Origin: Paraspadella gotoi | Taxonomy: Eukaryota > Animalia > Chaetognatha | Assembly (NCBI GenBank): GCA_051294375.1 | Contig: CM119271.1 | Span: 7,999,593 to 8,050,664 of the forward strand | Reading direction: 5' to 3' | Length of the DNA stretch: 51,072 nt | Shown: one piece after another, positions 25,021 through 35,000 of the stretch | Numbering within the stretch: the first letter of the stretch is position 1 | Layout of the letters: each line of letters begins with the position of its first letter | Program-made: the position numbers and the translations under genes | The notes under the pieces: generated by a model | Databases searched by the model: none | Told to the model about the DNA's origin: nothing | The model's input: the letters and a program-made list of their open reading frames with translations, nothing else

Positions 25021-26429
25021 TCTCCTTCGGGGATAGCGAAGGCGGTTCACAAAGCAGAATATAACACGCGTTTCCGAATGAAAGATCGTAAAAAGAGGAA
25101 TTAATGAGGAAACAGGATAACGTAGCACGTAACCTTACTCTTACTGGGTGAACGAGAGAATGTAGATGAGACGAGAGAAGCATTGCACTTGTGTGACTTG
25201 ATGAGAGAGAAGAGAGGAGAGAGATGACGAGTACGAGATAGCGCACGAGAGAGACTCTCGCCTGACGAGGACACAGAGACGAGAGCAGAGACAGACAAAC
25301 AAGAACCGAGCACTCGATTGTGCAGAGAAATGTTGAGGGAAATAAAACTTTATTTTATTCGTATAAAAAAAATGAACAAAAATAAAATAAAAAGAAAAAT
25401 GGGAAATCACATGCAGTTTTTCTAGTTATTTTTTTTTTTTTTTATAAATGTCGGTAGGACAGATGAAAGATTGACGTGTGATTAATTGTAAGAGGCACTC
25501 GGGCGAGAAAATGAAATTATATAAAAAGAAAGAAAAATACTAAAGAAGTTACTACAAAATGTATGTCATTGTAAATTTGTAACATTGTAGCCAGAATCCA
25601 ATTCGATATTATGGTTTTCAACTACGTATTTTATTGTTAATATTTCGTCAGATTTCTTAAATTGCCGGATTATATTATCATTTAAACTTTAATTCTGTTA
25701 AACACGCAGTTTGAAGAGCGTCTCGTAAATAAACAAAGGAACAATCGTCGAAAGATGGCGCGACGACAACGATAATTCTTCGAAGGATAAAAGGACCCAA
25801 AAACTCTGTTATCGACCAAACGAGCTTTTTGAAAGTCTGGATAACGAGAGTAATAAGATAAAGCGGTTTGTGGAGAGAGAGAGTTGTCTCGGAGAGAGGA
25901 GTAGTAGAGAGAGAGAGAGATGATGAGAGATAAGAGGAGAGTAGAAATGTAGATGAGAGGAGAAAGAGAGAGATCGAGTAGACGGCGAGAGATGAGAGAG
26001 AGAGAGAGTTATATGAGATCGAGAGAGAGAGAGGAGAGAGAGANNNNNNNNNNNNNNNNNNNNNNNNNGAGAGAGAGAGAGAGAGAGAGAGATGAGACTA
26101 AAGATAAAGGGACTCAGTGATGAGAGATGGGAGAGAAGACGACTCGACAGTAAGAGGAAGAAAAAGCAATGATAAACAATGGGAGGGATTTTAGAAAAAA
26201 AATCTCACGTACAATTAAAGCCCGCGTGATTAATTTGCCGTTTTCGTGATAAGTTGGCAATTAAGATAATTGTGGGATAATTACGGCGTTTATGGAGATA
26301 TTTATAAATAATTCGTTATGAAACTCCAGTGGGAAATATCATTAATAATTTTGGTGTCGTACCTAAGAAGGTGACATTAAAATTAAATCACTTGAAAATG
26401 TCCCCTCGGTGATTCTCACCAGGACGAGC

Positions 26430-26783
26430 CGACAATCGTCTGTCGTCTTACCGACAATCGCACGTAATCTTACCGAAAATCTGCCGACAAAATCCTCGTC
26501 TTACCGACGATCGTCTGTCGTCTTTGCGACACTCATCTATCGTCTTACCGACAAACGTAGATGGTCATGCATACCGATAACCGTCATTCGTCTTACAGAT
26601 AATCAACCGTCTTCTTACAGACAATCGTCCGTCATCTTTTTTTCCCCGACAATCGTCTGTCATCTTACAGACAATCGTCCGTCGTCTAACAGACAATCGT
26701 CCGTCATCTTACAGACAATCGTCCGTCGTCTAACAGACAATCGTCCGTCATCTTACAGACAATCCTCCGTCGTCTTACAGACA
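26430..26783. repeat. 22-bp minisatellite (tcttacagacaatcgtccgtcR) with 44-bp dimeric order at the right end
   Basis: From ~26661 units alternate catcttacagacaatcgtccgt / cgtctaacagacaatcgtccgt. Leftward copies are more diverged (ttaccgac variant). Confidence 0.92.
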
Positions 26784-27190
26784 AAAGTAAAACCCTCGTC
26801 TCTGATAAGAATTAGCGATAGAATCAGAAATTTTCGTCGGGATTAAGGATCGTGATTCGACGAGGCGAAGAGAAGAGAGGGAAATCCTCCCGGGCGATTT
26901 TCACAAAAGGCGAGATGAGAAATGGTCGATTCACGAAACGAGATCCGCGCCTCGGGGGCGCAGTGATAAGTGACTCGGGCACCTTCCCTTGTCGTCGTTG
27001 TTGTAGTTGTTTGCGTTGGCAGTGGGAGTTGTTGTTGGCGTTGGCGTCGTCTATCGTTGTCGCGTTCCTCGTCGCTGGCGTCGTTGGCGTTGTCGTTAAC
27101 GTCGTCGTTGTGGCGTTGGCACAGTGGTTGGCGGCGTCGTCGTTAACGTCGTCAGGGTTAATTCTCTTCGTCGTTGTCGTCTATAACGGA

Positions 27191-27370
27191 GTCGTCAACT
27201 TCATCCCTATTTTGAACGTCTTTGTTGACTTCATCTCTATTTTGAATGTCATCATCAACTTCATCCCTATTTTGAACGTCTTTGTTGACTTCATCTCTAT
27301 TTGGAACGTCGTCGTCGTCTTCATCCCTATTTTAAACATCTTCGTTGACTTCATCCCTATTTTAAACGTT
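27191..27370. repeat. 30-bp tandem repeat x6 (core cttcatcYctatttTRaaYRtc), partly 60-bp dimeric
   Basis: Six indel-free units. Units 2 and 4 begin tttgttgac; units 1 and 3 begin RtcRtcaac. Confidence 0.93.
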
Positions 27371-27464
27371 CTCGTCAGCGTCTTCGTTGTCGTTGTTGTC
27401 AACTGAGGCTTCTTCTTCGTCGTCGATCGAGAGTATGTACTTATCGTTATCTTGCCGTCGAGAA

Positions 27465-27500
<36 letters not shown>

Positions 27501-28055
27501 ATCGTCGTCGTCGTCGTCGTTAGGGTTTCCGTCCTCTTACATAAAAGCGACCGTGGTTTATCTGCTATTCATTTGATATTTAATCGAAAGCATATATTCA
27601 TTATTTAGTTAATATTAATAATTTCTCCATCATGTGAGCTGCAATTAACAAAATATGTAAAATTTCTCTTTGTTTCTTCTGGGTTTTTTTTTGGGGGGAG
27701 GTGTTTGTTATCATCAAAGAGGCCATTAATAATAACATAAAAAAAACATATTTCCAATTATTTTCAAATATATTCCATCAGCAAAAATGATTTAAAAAAA
27801 TTAAGTGGTGAGTTTCTCCCGAACCTTTTTCTTTGCCGCTGATTTTTCCCCTACGGCATAAAAAAGGCCAGTAGTAAATTAAAAAAAAAAACCACTACGA
27901 TGACGACGACAACAACGACAACAACGACGACAACAACGACGATAAGGAGGCGAACGACGTCTCAAGTCTTTAATGGAAGAGAAGAACCGACGGTTAATGG
28001 AGAAGGAGCGTCGACCGCATATAAATATCTCGGCAGGTGGAAGAAGACGCCTCAG

Positions 28056-28115
28056 GGAGATGCCGAAGGAGATGCCGGAGGAGATGCCGGAGGAGATGCC
28101 GGAGGAGATGCCGAC
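28056..28115. repeat. 12-bp tandem repeat (ggagatgccgga)x5
   Basis: ggagatgccgaa, three ggagatgccgga, ggagatgccgac. Translates as EMPE or GDAG repeats. Confidence 0.92.
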
Positions 28116-28643
28116 GGGAGTGGAGGAAATGCTGAAGAAGATGCCAAACGATGTATTGATAGTGAAAAGGTCTTTGGTCTCTTCTTTATGACAACTGAAT
28201 GCATCGATGACAATAACGACGACGACGACGACGACGACGACGACATCTTGACCAGAAACATCTGCGTCGCTGCGGTGCGCGTTAGCACCGCCTCGCCGTG
28301 CCAAGGTTTTTTTCGGTGCGAAGCCATTATTCAACTCAGGATATGTAGTTAACGCAGTAAAGAATTTATCGAACATCGACTTACTCTCGTCTTTTCTATC
28401 GATTCTTTAAAAAAAATTTATTGACGCTGTTTTTTTTTATAACGCTATCTCGCATGTAGTTAATTACAAAAGAGATTAATCTCGAGATATTATGTTTAGG
28501 CAAAAGCGATTCGCGGTCATTGACTTTTCCCCACGGGACGGCGTCTGATAAAATATTAGGTTCATCGAACTTTTTCCCCCAATTTATAAATACCGATGTT
28601 TAACAACAAGAACGGTAATTCAAATATGTCACGTGTGTTTCTT

Positions 28644-28915
28644 GTGACATGATATGACATTACATGAGATGACGACGTGACATGACATGTCTACATGACG
28701 ACAATAACTCTCTTCGCCCGTGTATTAATGACAAGCACTGCATCGGAATTTTATCTTTTGTCTTTTATCTTTTATTTCCTGAAGGCGGCGCTAGCAGTCC
28801 CTTAAATTGGAGGTTTTTTTTCCTGTCTTAACAAATGAGCAACCAACTAGTTATGAGCATTTTTAATGTTAGTGGGACAGACTGACGGACGGATATACCG
28901 ATAGACCGACGGACC
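28644..28915 (+). mobile_element. HINE/DINE-1-like repeat, copy 2 (3' end not matching)
   Basis: Same blocks as 18416-18670 in the same order, differing mainly by substitutions. Ends in gacagactgacggacgga...gaccgacggac. Confidence 0.6.
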
Positions 28916-29053
28916 TAAACTAAAAACCCTTCGCATATCCTATCCTCGTCCAATAAACATAAAATCTTACCCAAGGCGACGTCTTTTTCGCTCCACTCCC
29001 GTTGATCACCGCTATTCAAAAAAAAAAANNNNNNNNNNNNNNNNNNNNNNNNN

Positions 29054-32000
29054 AAAAGAAGAGATATTTTTGGCAGTAAAAGAAGTTTTCGAATTTCTCA
29101 TTGTCTAATTTTTGTAGGATTTCACATTTTAAGTAAGCTCAAATGGGGATTTTGGCGTACAAGTGTAATGTTTATGCCGATTTTAATTCGCGTTTTTCGG
29201 TTTTTATCCGTACGTCATCGGCGAGCTTGTTATTTTGAAGAATACCGAACTTATTTTGAAATTTTTATTGGAAAAAGAAAAAAATATTTTTTATTTTTTT
29301 ATTTTTAATATTTTTGCCTATTTGCATAACGGGTTTCAATACGGACGTCGCGGGTAATATTTGTGGCCGTTGTTCTTTGTTTTCCTCCCTTTTTTCCAGG
29401 TTTGGAGACCGCCTTCGTCGAGATTTTCTCCAAGGTTTCAGCGGGAAAAACTTTATTAAATATTTCAAAGCTTCAAGATGCGGCCTCCATACTTTGTCAG
29501 GTTCGCCTCTGCACGAGAGCCAGAGAGGTTCCTGCTCGAAGCCTCTGCAGGCGTTATCGACGGTGGTGGTCGTCTCGCGGGATTGCAGGGACGCAGAGTG
29601 CAGAGTGCCCGGAAGAATCTGTGGGACTCGCAAGGCGATGTACAGATTCCCGAGGCCCTGTGGTATACCGGACTGTTAAGAGCCAATTGTAGGGGTGTAA
29701 AGGTTGCAAGAAGAGCCAAGAGGCTAGTTATATCTGCTGCTTCCGAGGAGGACGCCAGGACCTCGAAGTCTGCGGCCGGGCTCGCGAGCCCGTTTAGGTG
29801 CCGCGAGGAGGTGCCATCAGAGGGAGGTCAGTGAGGCATTGTAGGCGTCCGTAATGATCATTTCCGGGATCGGAACAGTCGCAGAAAGGAAGGAGTTTCT
29901 CCCGGGAATCCAGTGCGAAGATCGCAAGGGAGGCGCAGTCCTTAGTCGGCAGGCAGTAGGTAGAGAGGGACGTTGTTGAGTTTCATCTACGACGCCCGCT
30001 CTCTGTGTGTTTAGTGGCGCAGCCCTTGGTGTCCGTGGGGTCGGCGGGGAGAATTTGACGTTTGTTTTATATTTTTTTTTTGAAGTTGTTTGCCGGGACA
30101 GTTTAGCATACAGCCCTATCCTCTTCTGAGATTGGGGCTAAAGATCTTGTTAGAGCACATAGAATCATTGTTCTAACAGGGTTTGGGGTTACCGGAAGCT
30201 CCTCCCTGTTAAAACCCTGTGAGCTATTTAATATTGGTGGTTAATGTCACGTGATTTACTTATTTATTTGGCACAGTAAGTAAGTAATATGGCGCATTGT
30301 GTCGGTCTGTGGGTTTTTCCCAGTCAGGCATCCGAACAATTATTACATGTGCTTATGATAGATAAAGTGCGCAAAAATGTACCTTTGATTATAATTACCC
30401 TAGGCTAATTTTTACTTCTACATTTTTCGCGCACATTGTAAATAAATTATAATTATTTATTTCTTAATTTTATTTCGTGCATTTTTATTATTTACAGAAC
30501 CAACGGATCTGGCTTCGCTCGTTCGTACATTTGGGTCAGTGTTCTCTCTGAGGATTATCATTACGACGGTTCGACGAATAAACGGGGATTCTTAGTTTCT
30601 TCTCCTTAGTATTTTTATTTTTATCGTTTTTCTAGTCTGCGTCGTAAACTCCTGCGGCCAGGGATAAGTCTGCGTCGTTCTATACAGGCAGACATTTTTT
30701 CATCTTAAACGGGGGCGCAGAAGTTTTTTCAATTTTTTGTGCGACGGCCCCGGTCGCAGAGAGAAATAAGTGTTTTCGTTTTTTGAATGACGCTACGGCT
30801 TTTTTAAAGTAAAAATTATTTAAGAGAATTTTTTTATAAATCGAGCGTTTTTTGTTAACGGCTTTAATTTATTAAAATGATAGAGTAATTTTTTTATATA
30901 ATCTAATATTCTTTTCGGGTTTTTTGTTATAAATTTAATCTCCGTCAGAGCGCGAGCTATCTTGATCTTTTTTCGGGTATTCTCTTCTCTAAGGTAACAG
31001 GCCCCGCGCCTGAAGGTTAGGCCTATTTTACTTTAATTCGAATGGGCGCTAGCTTTTCTCGAAAGCTTTTTCCTTTCATGTGAGCTGAAAAGCTCGTCTC
31101 TGTTTTAATGATTTTAAACTATTTTTTCAATTTTTGATTAATAAGTTATTTTTATTTCTTATTTCCCGTTTTTCTGAGGATTTTGTTCAAATTGACTGAA
31201 AAGTTGATTCTTCCTGTGGCGGGAGTAAAGGGTTGAGGATCTCGAATAAGGAATTCGATTTCCTGTAAAACGTGCGAAAAGTTATTTATTAATCTTTTTT
31301 TTCAGTCACGTTAGCGTCGGATTCTATTTTTTTCTGCACTTGCAAAGATTTTTTTTTATGGGAGTGCCCCGCTAAAAAACGACGTATTGTATTTTTATTT
31401 CAATAGTAATGGTGTCATTTGTATTTGCCTATTTATTTCGTATTTCTCACCATGTCGCTTGAGATCGCATGGGGGCGCCTTTGGACGGAGTTCCTCTTTG
31501 CTTTGCTTGGCTTTGACGTCCGTCTCGGTCAGCAAGGTATTGGTGGACTAGGGTGTTTTTTCATGGGCCGGCGGTGAGGTTGTTGGAGGACTTGTCCGTG
31601 CAGCGGAAAGCTCGGGCGTACAGCCTCTCTTCGTTTGACCAATGTTTTTTAGCTTTGACCTTTTTTCTAAATCTCATTTTTTTTGGCCTTTTTCACGTTT
31701 TTTGATAATTTTTAATATTTTTATTCGTTATGTATGCGTCAGGTTTTCGCGTGTTACGGGGGCGGATAAGCGTTATACTTCGTCATATCTTCGTAGCCCC
31801 GAATATTGGCGTTATGTTTGACTCATCGATATTTTCCGCCACGCGGCATGCGAGCGGTCTCGATGCATCGTCGATGGCTGGTCGTAAATTTTACTGAAGT
31901 TGTTCTGTGTTTATGCTCGTTAAATCCGGCTTCGGCGACGATGCAGCATGAACTTCCGGTTTCGTAGTGGACGCTCGGATCGATGACGACGATTACGGGC

Positions 32001-35000
32001 TGAGGCTACGATTTCGAAGTTGCGTTTGAATCGTAGCTGGGGCTTGATGGCGGCGCATTTCTGAAAATAATTATTGTATAACTTACGTTTTTTCTTAATA
32101 TTTTTTAGGTTTAAATTAAATATTTATTTTTTAAGTAATATTGTTATTTTGTGTGTTTTGGTTATTCGGTGGGTTGTACCTCGACTTTTAATCGATCGTA
32201 CGGCTTCGAATCTCCGGATTAAGTGTTTTTTAACTACATCGCCTTTTCCTCAGATCTTGCGCGACTTTAGCGCTCGGAGGCGAAATTTGGGATTTTCCCC
32301 GGTCTTCCCCAAACATTCAATTAACCTACGTCAGTTCTTTGTCTTGGTATTTTTTGGGACTTAGCGGTTTTTTTTGCAAATTTTTTCGAAATTTTTTTTT
32401 TTTGTACGAACCTAGGTCGTTCCTCTCCGTTGTCGGGGGGGGAGGGGGGGTAACGGCCAATTTTTCGATAAGAATAATTTAGTATTTTTTAGAAAAAATA
32501 TTGGTTTTTAATTAATACTTTGTTCGTTTTTTTAGAAAAATGGATTTTTTTCGGTTTTTTAGTGAATAAGTCCTAACCGATAAATAGCTAAAGTGGTATT
32601 TTTTTGGTTTTTAATTTTTAGCATTCGGTAGTAGTGAAGTAAAAAGGGTGAAAAATGAGTCTAGGTTCAACGGTTTTTGTTGGTTGAGTGAGAGGAGCGC
32701 ACACCAACACCAACGCTCGCCGAAAGCCGTGCTTCTTCCCGACGCTAGAACAAGACGGAAGAGACGAAACCCTTCTTCGGAGGCGTGTTGCAAGCCACCC
32801 CACTGCTTAAAACACCCCATCTGTCACGCATATTTTATTTCTATTTAGTCTTTTGGTTCGTTTTTTTGATAGCCTAGGAGAAGAGACGACATTTAGAGTA
32901 GGACGTAAAATATAGATTATCTCTTTGATCGTTTCATATTTTACATAGTTTGCCCCTAACCATTTTTTCGCTTTTGATAAAAGTTTTTTGCTCAACTTTC
33001 AAAATATCTAGACGGACGGAGTTTTGCGTGAGTTGATGCTAAAACTACTCAGCAACTTTAGGCACTTCTTGAGCGACGGGTCAACCCTGTTCAAGACTGT
33101 CTCCTGCGCGGGCCGCAAGGCGGGCGGTTATCTTTGGTAACACGGCCGGTTCCAGTAAGAATTGTGGTTGAGAGAAATCGTCGGGAAACCTGCAAATTTT
33201 TTCGGCATTCGTAACGAAAGGTTTACTTGTTTTGACACCGGTCTTTTTCTTTAGGCGGGCCAAGGACCTATACCGAGAACGCCTTTAACGTACTCTACGC
33301 CGTCCTTACAGTTATGTCCCCCCCCGGGGGGGGGGGGGGGCCCCGCTTTTTTTTGTTTTTGTTTTATCGTGTGGGTGAGTGTTGTTTTTTGTTTTGTTTT
33401 TTTTTGACATGGACCATCACCCCACGAAGACCCAGCGTTATTTTATTTTTTTTTTCTCACCGTCCCCGCCCTCCGCCGCCTGTGCCGCTCTGAAGCCGGC
33501 AATGTCAGCTGTTCGATAATCGTATCGACTTTGTACGTCTCATTTTTGTATTTTCTCCTTTAATATAAGCATGAGCAGGAGCTGGAATAGGGAGCCAAGC
33601 GCAACGAAGGGGATAACCATGATTATTGCTTCGTTTTAATTTTTTGCAGGGTTTTGAGGGTCTCGCCCCAGTCCGTTTGTCTCTTAGTTTTACTTGGCCG
33701 TAGTTATTCGTGGGTGTGGGCAGTACTGGATGCTTAAAATAAATGACCAATTAAGTAGTTCCTATTATGCTCCAGAAGTTGAGATATTTTCCGTTTCTTA
33801 GTGTATTCGATTTTTTTGGTTTATGTATGTTTAGGGTTAGTATTGTGATAAGGTATGGATTTCGTTTTTAGGTTTAGTTTAATAATTTTTTCTTTGCCAA
33901 CCTATCTACGACATTAGTAGATAAGGAATCGCTAATTATTTTTGTTTTACAGTGTATTTCAGAAGATATTTCATTCTCAAAGAAGATTTCGTTTTACAAG
34001 AAGTTTCGAACGGCGAAGATTTAGTGCAGATTGATCAAGATTTAGTATTTTTTTATATTTTGTCTCAGATTTACTATTTTTTCCGTAGGTCATGTATAGA
34101 GGTTTTTCGTGTGTAGTATGGTTTGTGCGTTCTCTAAATATTTTTTGGTAGGAGTCGAACGATAACGCGATCTTCAAAGATTCGGTCTTTCGCATCGGAG
34201 GGCTTCATCAAGGATGTTGAAGGATACTGGGCGAGTATGCCTGATGCTGCAAGCCGCGTGTGTCGATCCTTTAAATGCGGCAGCGCTGCGGTGGAGAAAA
34301 TTTGATATTTTGAGAATTTGTGTCCTTTTGTCTCTGTTGTTCGTGATTATGAAAAGGCACCTTTGGCCTCGCGCATGTTTCGTCTGAAGTCGAGAGGGTG
34401 ACATTAAGTCTTATGCGCGCGTTTTCATGTTCAACTTTGAGATCTATTCTGTTCCTGCGGGGGGGAAAGTGCATTCGGTTAAACGTGTATATCGTTTACG
34501 CAAATCCCGAACACACCATAGTCATTTTTTTCTTTCCACCTTTTCGATTCGTCTAGGAATTCGATTTGGTTCGCGGTGGCCGTATTGTCCTTTGGCAATT
34601 CGGGCCTCATTAAGATTCTACGTTTACCCTTTTCTAGTTGGTACTTTTCAAAGGATTGGGGTGTAATATGTCAAGTTCGAAGTCGGCGCTCAGTGAGTAG
34701 ATTCACGGTTTCCGTCGCTTCGATAAGTTGAAAATATATCGGTTTAAAGTCGCCACCGGGTCAGTTAACTAACGCGTGCTTTAAACTTCGATAAAGCTTT
34801 ATATGTTTTGTCTTTGTGACTTTAGTTATTTTGTGTAATAATGCCGAGTTGCGTTGCCAAAAATCATTTCTATATTGTGTCAGTTCAGTTAGTCAGTCAG
34901 AAATATTTTAGCTCCTTCGTCTCATTCCCCCTGCTTGTGTCGATTTATTTTAGGCGTCATTTGTATGCTATCGTTTCAGCTTAGCGGCAAACGTTTTTTT

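Noticed and set aside
26409-26846. 145-aa ORF with repeated peptides
   Set aside because: The 22-bp unit is not a multiple of three, so peptides cycle through frames. Non-coding minisatellite.
27191-27370. CRISPR-like look (conserved core with variable part)
   Set aside because: The variable part is only ~9 nt and itself repeats. Eukaryotic context and no cas genes; it is a minisatellite.
27973-28191. DEAD-box-like words (RPHINISAGGR, EEMLKKMP)
   Set aside because: No DEAD, TPGR or SAT motif, and the spacing is wrong.
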